Assembly: GCA_030141605.1 (NCBI GenBank)
Contig: JAQGDQ010000041.1
Coordinates: 881,165-945,164, forward strand
Origin: Tubiluchus corallicola
Taxonomy: Eukaryota; Animalia; Priapulida
Reading direction: 5' to 3'
Length of the DNA: 64,000 nt
Shown in pieces: positions 26,324 to 39,478 of this stretch. A program made the position numbers and the translations under genes. The notes beneath the pieces were generated by a model. It made no database searches. It was not told the DNA's origin and was given only the letters and a program-made list of their open reading frames with translations. Within the stretch, counting starts at the first letter, position 1, and each line of letters begins with the position of its first letter.

Positions 26324-27496
26324 AGCGCAGGCGTGCAATAAAGCAATCGTCACCCCCTGCACTCCCTATCTCTTTCCTTTCCTTTATGCATAATTTATCC
26401 TTTTTAATTAATAACTATATCAATAATAGTCTACTTGTATTCTGGTGTAAATGAGGAGATAAATAAAATGTCTATGTCAAAGATTTCTCCTAATGTTTGT
26501 TTTTTTTGGTTTTGAAAAATGTATGGGAAATCCTGAATTATTGTGGTCGGAAGTGGTGCTGAACACACAAACCGCACTCTTTATGCACTTTGCCACTGGA
26601 GCACAGCTGTGTTTATTTTTTTGCCGGATTACTGATGTACTTAACTGCCTTGAGGGCAGATTTCTTTTAACTTAGAGTTCTGCTTGCCCAGCCAATGTCT
26701 ACAATACTCAATAGACTTCATGGATGGTGATGATGATGAATTTTGAACTCAACACTTATATTTTAGAGATTTGACTGCCTAATATCTACAAAAGACTTAT
26801 TGGGGAATTTATTATAAAACCTGCTCGGAATTTAAATGAATTTAAAATAATAATTAGCATAGTTAGTAGTGCTGGCAAACTACTGGCCTAGCAGTGTAGA
26901 GTAGATCTATTGGCTATTATACGTGTTTTGTGTACTTGCTTTGAAGCAGTTTCCTTCTAGAATGAAGTTCTTTAGTTTATGGTCCACTCTAATTTTAAAG
27001 TTAAGCAAAAACAGACTTATGTTGCTCGCTTACCAAAAACCTTATTAAAGTTATGTTCCTGCATGAAAGAGATACAGTCATAATGTTGTACTCTGCTTGC
27101 TCTTTGTGTCAGTGACCATGGATGCCACCAACCCCAGACACTGCTCGGCATTGGATAATACTAACGTTGGATGTTCATGCTTGCTCGACATTCCCAAGTA
27201 CCGCTTCATCTTGTACTACCTGGCTTTGTACTGCAGTGCAATGTGCCGCCTCACTGTTCTACCTTGCCATGTACAATGTATAAGTTATGAATGTATACTA
27301 CCTGGAACACTTGTGCAGCGTCCCCGTGTACTGTGACACCGCATACCGACCTCACTTTGTACTGTGGTGCCATTGCAATACACTGTGAGGTGTTACATGG
27401 TACTTATTTTTACTGTCAGTGTTCTAATGTAAACGGTCTGCACTTAGATGTTCCTTCTACCATTTTAATTTTTAGGGGTATATTTCTTTTCATAGA

Positions 27497-30400
27497 ATGG
27501 CTGGTAGAGGTAGAGGACTCTCATTTGGTAGGGGAAGAGCCTCACTGCAACCCTTGCGCAAACCACAAAAAGTGGAAGATACTACGGTAAAAGTTTCAGT
27601 ATGTTTCTTTTTGTTTAAACTGTATTTAGTAGTACATTAAAGAAATTTGAATCAGTACTACTTTTTGTCTGAGTACTGTGTTTGCCTTTTCATGAAATTA
27701 CCAGTCAGAATAAGTTTACAGATTAGTATTGTAAATTATAAGATTAAAAAATTCTGGTATCACCTGGCAGTATCACCTACCCATATAATATTACTCAAAT
27801 AGATATTCAAACAATGTAAAGTTACTGCATTATTTGTGCAGTTTTTTTTTTAATAAGAAATGCCTCATTTTTTCGTGTTAGAATTGGACAACAGCTTCAG
27901 CTTTCTTAAAAATTCATTTCATTTTCCCTGTCAAATTATATCAGAGGCTTTGATTGTCTGTTACAGGTTAATAGCATGACAATTGACGATGTGACCAAGA
28001 AGTTCAAAGCTTTATCGTTTAACATGAGTGATACAGATGTCACAGAGCTGCAAAGTGCTATAGAAATGTACTGCAGTAATGCAGAAAAGTTAACCGATCT
28101 GGTCAAACAACTGCATGATATGTAAGTTATAAGTGAATAATTATTTGATTGCAATTTTAAGTCAGGTTAGCAGTTTAGCCCACAGAAACTACACATTAAA
28201 AATATGTATTTAACTTACAAATGTACTAAACATATAAAGATCTTGTAGATCTTTTCAAGCTCTACAAATCCATCATAGTTTTATTTATAATGATAATTGA
28301 TAGCTGTGTACAGTATTCTTAATTATGAAATTTTGCAGAAACTGGTTCACACTTAAACAAAATTCATAGCACACGCCACCCGCCACCCAGGTTTGAAGTT
28401 TAAGCTAATTTCTCTGTTGCATTAAAACAACTAATATGGAACCTATTTGCAAAAAATAAAAAAGCAGTATGTATTATGTGGAATTTGGCCATCAGCTATG
28501 ATTTTCTAGGTAAAGAAGAAATGCCATTTTGTGGGCATAATGCAAAAATTTACACTATGCACTCATATCTCAGTTTGCTGGACCTTGCTTTTACAGATAT
28601 CGGAAGAATCGGGCAAAATCTGGACCACTAAAAGTCCTGTATATTACGGACATAGTCCATTGTTTCACAAGCTGACCACAAGTTAGCAGGGTGTCACTTT
28701 GTTTACATCAGCATGTTTATGTGGTTTATTTAAGTCAATTACAGACAGTTTTTATATACTTTTGCATAGGGGCGGCTCATACTAGACATTTTTGAGACAA
28801 TTAGGCGATTGATTCTGCATTACCGTGAGTGTAATACACGGTGCCTACTTTATTAGTTTAGTATCAATAACTACAGACAGTCGGGAAATTCGGACCGACA
28901 TCTCCCCGCTTTTGTGTACTCTCTACTTATATGTATTCTAGCAAGAAGGGAAGTCTTTCGCCTTACTTATTTGTTCAATGAATGGACAAGCCCACAGCAG
29001 CAGGTTTCAGTGGCTTGCAAAAGTGCTGAAAAGTAAAAAAGACATACAGGTAACAGGATTTAGAAATTGCAGTCTCCCAATATTTTCTGGTAAAAATTGG
29101 CAGAAACTGAAAGCTAGGGTTTTGTCTGCATATTGCTACTGGTGATTTAATTGTACAGTGGGTGCCGTTAATTAGACTTACGGTAATTGAATCAGTTGCC
29201 TAATTTACTCAAAAACGTCTGATACTGGCTGCTCCTATTCAGATGTGTATAAAAACTCATACAACAACTAAGAGCACAGAGTTAATTTCAAAAAATTGAG
29301 CATAAGTGTAAAGCCTAGCATTTAAAAAGTCTTGCAGCCTTTGCAGGGCGTAATAAGGTGTGTGAAGAGTGATGACTGATACTTCTATACTAGTGATACT
29401 TCACCTGCAGGCTAAGACATTCATTTGATTAATTGGGTCAAGACACTACACTGTATTTTATGGTCTTAGCTACTTAAGCCTACTTGTTCGTTAATGTATA
29501 TTTCTGCTACACAATTTTAGTTTGTGTCAGTGTCTTTTTTGCCTATTGTTTTGGCCAAGAACTGGGGCTTTTTGACTGACTTGTTATATATATATATATA
29601 ACTGACTGTAATGATTGTAAAACTTTTTACACACAGTAAAAGGAAGAAGAAAAGTAGAAAGGAAGGGAGATAGTTGTAAATGGGAGGCAGACAATTGTGA
29701 AATACCGGGATCATAAAGATCATTAGTATCAGGGCAAACCAGTGTCACTGCAAGACTGTTGTCACATCCTGTGATGTATATTGTCAGAGAGACGAAAGTG
29801 AATTGTCAAAGCATGTAAATGAGTATTTTTGTTTGGGCCAAGACACATCACAGTGCATAACATATGGAGATGATCAAACAATTATAAAGCTTTTCACACT
29901 AAACCGTCAAGGCACAATTGTATACGTCTGCTTGTAGTGGCTTAAATCTATGTACAAACTTTGGCAGATTTGATGGAAATGGCAATCTAAAACCTCCAAA
30001 TGTCTTAGTACACCCGTGTCTACTAGGATTTTTCAATATTCACAAGCAGTAAGGAATTCCTTGTTCCACAGCAATACATCAACAACCCACTGAACTTTCT
30101 CACTCAATCAGATTCCGATAACTCTGGACACCTGCACTTCAGCAGATTCCTTAGCAACTGCTGTGGACTCTGTATCCTAGCAAGATGCCATTTTTGACGA
30201 AGTTTCACAGCTACTTCTTAACACTGCAACCGATCATCTCTGTTTCCTCTGGGGAAAGGAAACTAAAATCATTAATAACAAACTGACTTGATGACCATCT
30301 CACTCCAGTAGACCACAGGATCTCAAATTTGCTGCAAAAATACTTTCCTTCTATAGCAGCCTAACCAGTAATGTAAGCAGCAAGGAGATATCCAGTGTAA

Positions 30401-33400
30401 CTGTCGTGAGTTTAGTGTGCAATCTGGATGATGGCGCCAGCGTGCAATTCTTCTCTGTATCGGCTGCTTGTGCAATGGCATTGTTTGCGAGCACTCTGCG
30501 CTGAGGTTTGGAGATAGCACACATACGGCAGGTCGGGGTTGATTGATCTAATGTGCTTTTCTTGTTTATTTGCTTCCTTGTGTTAACTGCCGAAATAAAC
30601 GTTTTTGTTCATCATCAATAAGTTCTAAATTTTTATTTGATCCTCGACCACCAGTGAACGCAGCTCCAAGGTAACCTCAGCAATAATCGAAGTGTTAAAC
30701 ACTTACATCCAGTTCAATGAATCCCAGGGTACCTGAGTGGGAGCACCAAAACTTACAATAGTGGCCCAATCAGTGTGTTTGGGTAAAGAGCCAATCATGA
30801 TCATAAGTAGAATAAAGTTATGTAATGAGTAAAAAATTATTTCACTGTTTTGAACTTATTTTTTGCTAGATCAGTTTGTAATATTGATTTTTTGTCATTA
30901 ATTGTAATAACTTACCAATAAAGTGACTGTATTCTAATAACTAATAATGTATTAACAGAATTCTCGTTCCTATCTACATTACTTTTCCTATCTACCTTTT
31001 TGTTTAGATGCATACAAGACTCCAACTTAACAAAAGCTGCTGCTATGTTGTGTAATACTGTTGGGTCTATGGAAGTAGAAGGAGTAAAATTCCGCAGTCT
31101 CCTACTCTCTTCTTTACAACAAGATTTTAAAGGTAATTCTATTCGGCACAGGCAATTTTTAATTTCTGCCATTTTTGCTGGTATTGTGCAAATGATAATG
31201 CCTATATAAAACCTATACTGCATGAATATCACTGCCGAAATCATTAGTGCATAGTGATATCTGAGTTTGTTAGTTGTATTTTCTACAACATGTAGACTGC
31301 ACAGCAACTCGAATTATTACATTTTAGAATAAAATAGACAATTCTCTTGTTAACATTAAAAGCATACAAACTTATTTCAATGGTTTAGCGCCATCTTATA
31401 TATTTCATTTTTTGAAGCCATATGTGCCCAAATATAATCTTAGATCAGTTAATTTTTCGACGCTTGTTGTGCCGCATTATAATTTAGTCACATATGGACC
31501 TCTTAGATTTTGCATAGCAGCACCAAAATTATAGAACAATTTACCAACTTATGCACGGAAAATGGCTAACGTTGAAAAGTTCAAATCCTTCCTTAAAACT
31601 TGTTTTTATAAAGAAGACTTTTTAATTTATTAAATATTTAAAATGCCCTTAAAGTACTGGTTTTTGGGCATTTCTGGTGATTTTTTTATACATGAATTAT
31701 AATTTTAGCTTTACCTATAATAGTCAATTGTGTATGTACCACTTATAGGATTTATACATGCAAAATACATTTGTCCATGTTAATGTTAATGCATTTTAAA
31801 TATCCAATAAATTATTATTATTATTATTATTATCATCATCATCATCATCGTTATTATTGTAACAACAGTGGATCCGAGTAACCACGTGTACAACTAAATT
31901 ATAATTTAGTAAATGGAATTTCATCTTACATCTCATAATAATTGTTTAAATGCATGGTAATCATCCTTCTTCATATCATGTCTCTGTGTATATAGTTGGA
32001 AAAGCCCACACTCGCCAATTCTACTGTTTTGTCCTAATTGTTTCTGTCATCTGTTTCCTCAGGAAACTGTGAAAAAGATTTTCGCTTGTTTTTACGCATG
32101 GTGAAATCTACTAGTCACTAGCTAGATCAACTTTTATTGCCCAGTTACGCAATTTCAGTGCTTTAAAAACTGTTTGTAATTTTTGTAATATCCTCTGATA
32201 ACTATAGTAGTTACAGTAATGAACTAGAAAAATGAAACTGTAGCCAAATTGACTGTGATTATGCAGACTGATGTACGGGCAAGTCATATATAGTGTCATT
32301 GCAAGATGTAAATGTCAGCGATTAGAGTTCCAAGTGACATTTTCGTGTATTTTAAGTGATTATTTCATTCAGTTTTTCCTTATCGTAACTTCTAAATATT
32401 GACTTTTTAAGCCGTAATTCCAAAAATTAAACAGAATGCTGCGTTTTAAAACAGCACTCATGGCAATGAATCATTATATTATTCGGTTTTAAAATGTAGT
32501 TCAGGCGTTGTTGATAAATCGTATCATATTTAAAAACTGACGAAAAGCTTTGAACAGGCAGAAATAAACTACTTTAGTTTTTTTTATGATGTCACTGGTA
32601 TCTCCTGCAAATGCATATGTGGCAAAACACACAAAAAATGCTACTGTATGACATTAGATTTTTTTTCTTTTAATTTACACAAATTACACCAGACTGCACA
32701 TCATAAGACATTCCAACCTGCAGCTCTCCAAAATAGGTAGATTCCACAAAAATTGAGCTAAGCCTATGGTCTGAGGCAGAGCTGTTAGCTCCAGTAGTGC
32801 TTTTGATGCCTTTTTGCATTTCAGCATTTTTAGATGCCTATTGTAATACCAATTCTTGCAGTTGAGTTTCAGACAGCACTTTTTAAAAAAAATGCTTTAT
32901 ATTTTTAGACACTTTGTAAACATTTTTCGCATTTTTTTTGAATGTGCAAGTAAATTTCCCCAAGAAGAACTTCAAACCTTTAATTCATAATGTTACTCGT
33001 AATATGACTAAAATTTTGATTGACTGCAATTTTATTTAAACTCACAAATTAAAATTTCCACCTTTAGCAGCTTCATAAGCCAAAAACTTTGTGTAGGTCA
33101 CAGATTCTTATTGTTTTCATGTCGTGGCTGAGTACAATTGCACACCTCTGTTCTAGGTCCTGCTTTCCTAGATGACAGACGATCTTTTTTCGTGTTATCT
33201 AGGACCATAAATGGACTAGCTTATTTTGGGCAAAAGGAGGACTATTTTATCTCACTGTCTATGATCACATTTTACCTTGAAGTAATAGTTGGTGAAAATC
33301 GGTAGAAATATTTCAAAATTCGGAAAAGGTGGATTACTATTAAATTTCGGAGTCGTCTGATCAAATGGTCCAATCAGAAGAGATGGAATGACACATCACA

Positions 33401-35625
33401 GATAATCTTGTGATATATTAAGTACGTAGACAATCAATTTGCTTATTAAACTGCAGCTATGTGGACACTATGAGACATGGACCATGTTCCATTAGGTTGT
33501 TTGAACAGTAGTGTACCGAGTAGGACTTATTCCCGCAAATCAAATCTGTGACCTACAAGTGAGCTGTTAGCTACAGCTTTCTGGGTTAGTTCCAGAAGGT
33601 TAGTACTTTCTGGGAAAACTGGCAACTTAACCATGCTGCAATAGTAAAACTGCAAAGCAAGATATCAGTGACGTTGTGCTAAAAATTTCGCACGCTATAC
33701 TCTCGTATCTCGCATATATTGCATAGATGTAGGTTTGAACAAAACTATGATTTCAGCTTAACATTAAAAATGCTCTCAGTACTGCTTTAATACAATTTTA
33801 TATTTTTCTTTAACCAGCAACTGCCACCATTTATAACTGTTTCACTCAGTAGCTTTACTTTTTAGGCATTGTTAAAGATATACTTGAACTTTATTTTTAC
33901 CTGATTTTATTGTATTTGCAGACAAGGAGACATTGAGAAAGCAGAACGTTTTGATTTTTATAAATAGTTTTATTTTCCTCTGCGATGTCTTCCGTATGTT
34001 ACGGGTCGCAGAAAAACCACTGGCTGTATTGACAGGACCGATCTTTGACTGGTTAATGCTACTCATTGACATGACTGCCTCGGAGGAGGAAACAGAGATA
34101 GCTTGTGAACAGGTAGGCACAAGAATGAAACTGTTTTTGTGTTAAAAGTTGCTATACTAATGTTGTATGGAATTCGTTTGCTATAAAGAGATATGAAAGC
34201 TTTATACAAAATTGGATACTGACAAAATAGCATGCACTTTAAGTATTTTTATTTACAGTAGTTTATCTCCTTAATCCTGTCAAACAAATGTAGCAAAATC
34301 AAGATGTGTTTTGATAAACAGGTTGCCACGTTATAAATCATTCGGAAATTGAAATATTTGCTTTTACAGATACTCCCATTTTTAATCAATGTTAAACTGC
34401 AAATGCTGTCTATTTGTTAAATTGTTACTAATACCTAGGGAGGCATCAAAAATGACTTTTTGCCAAGAACAGTTCCTATAAGTTAACTTTTTAAAGAAAA
34501 ATAGAACCCAGTTTTTGTGTAATTGTGTAAAATGATCTAATTTGTAAGACATTAAAATGGAAAATGCTATTTCTTAAAAGAATAGCTTATGTGAAAGGAT
34601 TAATACCGCAGAAGCTTAATTTCACGCAAATAGTTTTTGCCTGTTACATGTGTTTCGCCATTCATTGTTAGATGGACAACGGGTCAACAGTCCCTGTATT
34701 GTGGAAATGGGTTGAGTAAAATATGTGTTGTACTGGGTTATATGTTTCATTGTGACGTTTCACAGTTAGCACACTGCTGAACTTGGAAACTTAAATTTCT
34801 CATACTTAAAATTTACATTGTTGGTATGAATCATAGTCACTGCTGTACAGTAGCACTGTATTTTAATTTTTGCTTTCATGAACACATACAGCAGACCCAC
34901 AGAATGTTTCTGCCATAATCAAAAGTATCCATTTTCTTGATTATCTTTTGGCCTTTAATCAGCATAGACATTTTATGACAAAATCTTATTGGTGCTAAGT
35001 TACTTAGCCATCTGCACTAAGACTAGTATCATAAACACTCATAAGTTACAGAGCTGGGCTGTGGTAATTTCTTACTTGCTGCTGATTTACTGGCATTTTA
35101 CCTTCTGTTGTGGGACAAGTAAATAGGCTTCGTTTGTGAAGTCAGTTAACCAGAATTAAATATAAGAAGACGAATCAAATAGAATTTATTTTTCTCGAAA
35201 GTCTGTAATGCGAAAATTGCTGCTTTGTGTAGAAGCTTAATCAATCTGTAAATTTAAAACTTCTTTTGAAAGAAAAGAATGCGTTTCAGTCCTGTAGTTA
35301 GATGCGCCATGCATGATTTCTGGAAACGGCAATCTGCTTGGTGTAATGTTGACAAGCTTGTGTTATTCTTTTTGCAAATTTGTTATAGTTAATGCAAATT
35401 GGCGAACTTTTGGAAAAACATGGCAGTAAAGAGAAGATGAACTCTGTAATGGACTGCATTCGCACAAAACTTTGCTCAGAAGAAATATCGTCTATCGAAC
35501 GTTATCATCTCTTGTGTGCTTTGGAGCATTACCTCTGCAATTGGCTGCTTCCGGAAGCTACGGTCACCACTTACAGTAATCTTAAAAACAAAATAAACCA
35601 AGGTGAATTTTTGACTTCAAGGTGA
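27497..35625 (+). CDS. MIF4GD: MIF4G domain-containing protein (MIF4GD/SLIP1-CTIF family), 265 aa
   Basis: Coding exons 27497-27586, 27967-28121, 31008-31132, 33922-34112, 35389-35625. All GT-AG with consistent phases, 798 nt. The motifs FRSLLLSSLQQDF, FLCDVFRMLRV..KPLAVLTGPIFDWL, EEETEIACEQLMQIGELLEK and LLCALE...NW parallel vertebrate MIF4GD. Orthology versus CTIF is not certain. Confidence 0.8.
28767..29237. mobile_element. MITE with about 85-bp imperfect terminal inverted repeats
   Basis: Left TAGGGGCGGCTCATACTAGACATTTTTGAGACAATTAGGCGATTTGATTC...ATTACCGTGAGT versus reverse complement of right TAGGAGCAGCCAGTATCAGACGTTTTTGAGTAAATTAGGCAACTGATTCAATTACCGTAAGT. Confidence 0.75.
30396..30707 (+). 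mobile_element. Solo LTR (312 bp)
   Basis: Termini TGTAA...TTACA, a perfect 5-bp TSD TCCAG (30391-30395 and 30708-30712), and an internal AATAAA at about 30594. Confidence 0.8.
31811..31858. repeat. (ATT)n(ATC)n microsatellite
   Basis: Seen directly in the sequence. Confidence 0.9.
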
Positions 35626-38600
35626 TTTTTGTTCATGTATATTGTAATCTGCAAGTAAAAATTTGTTTGTGATTAATAGCAAGTCTGTATTGCACAATGG
35701 TAATGCATAGCAGAATGTGTTGTCTTGTGAAACGCCATTAAATGAAGCTATACTTGTCATGGGGAGCAATGTAAGTGGATGGGGACACTTTCAGGGGGCA
35801 AAAACAACAACTTACATAAATCAAATGTTTTATGGCTTTTATTACTTGCATTTATACATTATGTTATACATTATACCAAAAGGCAAAATGAAATTATTTA
35901 TTGTAACATTATTGCAGCATCTGCACTACATAATTTACATGAAATTAACAAGGTACAGATGCAATAATTCTGTAGACATAGCTATTTTAACAAAATTAAA
36001 ATTTTAAGTGTTAATTTTACTGTTTGTACGGTTGGTGAACAGTTAACTGAGATAAATTAAAATTGTTACCTATGTCTTTGGTTTTCTCTTTGGCACAATA
36101 TTCTCTCATAATATCCTGTTTAATGCCAAAGATTTTCTCTCATTTATACTAACAATGAGTTTCAGTTGTATAATTTCAACAAGGTGAATATAAATACAGT
36201 AGCTAGTCCACATGGGGGTACCATTAAGCAGGTAAGCACCAGCAATAAGTCACGCTTAGCAGACTATTGTGAATTTGTACAACAAACTGTGATGACACAG
36301 TGCTTTTTCTTTGTAAATTTCTAACACAACAAACAAAATTTCAATGACACTAAAGTGAAACAGTCACATGATTAAGTGAAAAAACGTTAAAAGTTAATTG
36401 TCATTAAAACGAATTGTCGCTAAGTAAGTGAGCCAATAAGTAAGGACTTGATACTTAATAGTACTTTCATTCTTTGTGTTGAATTGTCATCTGGTAGAAG
36501 TGGAAAACTTGTTCCGGAGAGCAGAAATCAAAATTTGTTTCACAAATTTTGTTGTCTGGAAAATTAAATCAGGTCATATACTTGGCTATCTCATGCATTT
36601 TCTCCAGGAGTTAATTTTCCAAGCATCTCAGTACGTGTACTAATTTTAGCATTGTTACATTAAGCATGTTAAGCTAGAATTGTTCTTTTTGAAAAAGAAG
36701 AGAATGTTTTAGACTTCTGTTTTGCAATTTTATGGAAAATTGGCCTGTAAAATGTAGTGTAAATGACTAATCACATTTTTACTTTTTATACCTACAGTTG
36801 AAATGGTTTCTCTTGTCTAGTTGATTTTAATTCTTACTTATACATTATAATCTTAATTACAATGAATTATTCCATTTATATAAAAATTCTGGGTAAACGG
36901 ACTGCATGATGTCTTGAAATGCCACACAATTGTTTATTCTGCTGACTATGGCATGTGCATAATTTCTGGTTTATAGTTAATGCTTGTACAAAAAAATAGC
37001 AATGGTATTTTCACAAAAACTCAGGGTGCTATTACATTAGGGACACTATTATACGTTTTTTTGTAATTGTTACCCAGCAAAAGATGTTCTTCAGAAATGT
37101 GTACCTTTTTTAGAAAATGATTATTGTATTATGATTTTAATTTATAGATATATGTTTAGTGTTTTGGATGTTGCCAAATGGCCAAACCTATAATTCTTGT
37201 TTTATTGATGTGAATCATACTTATTTGTTACATTAGTTGCTGCATTGTCACATTCTTTCACAACGTATTCAGCTCCAGCTGATCAATTTAGTATTTTGCA
37301 AATAAAAATGTTTGTGGTATATATCAGAGCTTCAATGTACAATGTACTTTTGTGAGGAATTGAACACATTCGTCGTGTTTTGAGTTTTGTTTTCTCTGTT
37401 TAAAATAAAAACTTTCCTAGTAAGGCCAAAGTTCAGATTATTTGCAATTTGATCAGGTCATGAATAAGACTGCAGAAGCACGAACCTCTCCTAAACCCAC
37501 TACTATGTGTACACGTAAAGGTCGAGTTATTAGATTGCCAAAGAAGTATTGTGATTAACGTGTTGTTTGACTTAACATTTTGTTTTGTTTATTACACTGT
37601 ATGCAACTAACTTACAGAGATTCCTTATTGTGTAATTGTCTATATATTTTCCTGTTCCATAGTAGTGTGGATCTGTTGTTTCTGCAAAAATAGTAGTTGG
37701 GATCTGCTGTCACTGTAACATGTGTCTTAATGTTGTATTGATTTCTATTGTGCAAGTTTTCGTTGAGCCTACAGAGGTTAAGTCTAATGTTGTAACCCAC
37801 TTGGCCTATTCTCTCCTGAGAATAGGAGTGGGAGGATGTGGAAGTTGGTCGCGAATTGCGGCCGTAATTGCTGTACGCGAATATGAATATAGTTCTGTTT
37901 GCAAGGATTTCCCAGACTGGTTTTTGGCGACGATGCCATGATCTGAAGTTTTACTAAAATTTGGTTTTGCTTTGTTGTCACTGATTGAGGCAACTCTCCT
38001 ATGTTTTGATTAATAAATACATTTAGCTACTCTACATTGTTCCAGTCCTAATTTGGGATTACAGCCTAAATGTGAGAAAAGTCACAGCAATACATAGCTG
38101 CTCTAATGTATAAAAAAGCAACACAGCATATTAGGCAAGGTCGCTTCAAAGAAAGTTTTTGCGGTAAATTTTTGCACTACATTCTGCATGTCATTTTTTT
38201 CTGTTGGCCTAAAAGTATAATAGTGAGTCAAATACCTCATCAAATCTCAGGGAGCCAGGGTGGTAAGTTGGGTAAAAACTTAGTAGGATAGTAAGTCATG
38301 ATATGCCAAAAATGAAAAAAAAAGCAAAAGATCATAGCTGCTGGAGTGATTCTGTGAAGGATTTAAAAAGTTTTCTAATGATGAGATGATTAACTGTGCT
38401 AATTGCATGTTGACTATTTGCTATATAATGATATGGAAAATGACGAACGCTTCAAACATTGTTAATAAAATACTTTTATTATTACTGTACCACTATTTGA
38501 AAAGCTTTTATATCAGAGTAATCTTGCTGGTCTAGAATTTACAGAAAATTAGACTTGTAGTCAACAGTTACATCACTTATTTTAACTTCTTCAGCACAAG

Positions 38601-39478
38601 TGTCATTGTGTTTTATTCTATACGTTTGTTTGAAAGATATTGAGCATCCAAGTTGAGACAAAAAACTCAATTTTTCTCAAAAACCCTAGTTGTTTCTCAA
38701 GAATACAAAGAACAGTCAAGATCGACTTCATGTTGTATGAACAAAGACTGTAAGCAAAGAACAACATACAAAGACTGCATTATATTTATTGTGTACTCCA
38801 ACCTTTCTTTGCAATGTCAAAGTTAATAATGTAATTAATAATAATAATAATAATAATTAGAAAATTTTTCATAAAATATATGTGGACGGTACTTTGAGGC
38901 AAAAATATGCTTTGAGACTGGTCTAGATACAAAGGCATTTCAGAAGGTGCATCTCTCTTAAACATTTCATAGACTACACAATTCCACAGTTCCCTTGAGT
39001 GCAAAGATCAAAAGATTCCTATTCATCACAGCAAGGCTCTTTAGAAAAAAATTACTGATCATTTACAAATCATGTTTATATAACCGATCAACACTAATTA
39101 TGGTGTTTGTTGCTGCACTACAAAGCTATTCCTCTAATTTGTTGTTCCTATTAAAAAATTAACAAAAAAGGATTAAACGTTTCATGGCAGTTTTAGCAAA
39201 GTCCTGTATCATTTACTACATTACAATGTGGTATATATTTGTTTTAAATAAAAAGACAGTTATAAAGGTACATGCGTTCCTTTCTCGCTGTAACTTTGGT
39301 AAAATACAAAACAGTATTTTGACTATTAAATTTTATGACAATTAATACAAAAACTTGAAATTACTTTTAAATTCAAGATTTTAAACATCAGAACTTCCTG
39401 CTCTAATGGAGCAAACAATTACGCTAAGCTAGAATATTATCTAACAGAATTCTTTGTTAATTAATTAGTAGCGCTGTG

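Noticed and set aside
35602-35625. Donor-like CAAG|GTGAAT near the end of the MIF4GD last exon
   Set aside because: The domain is already complete, an in-frame stop follows shortly, and no convincing further exon was found.
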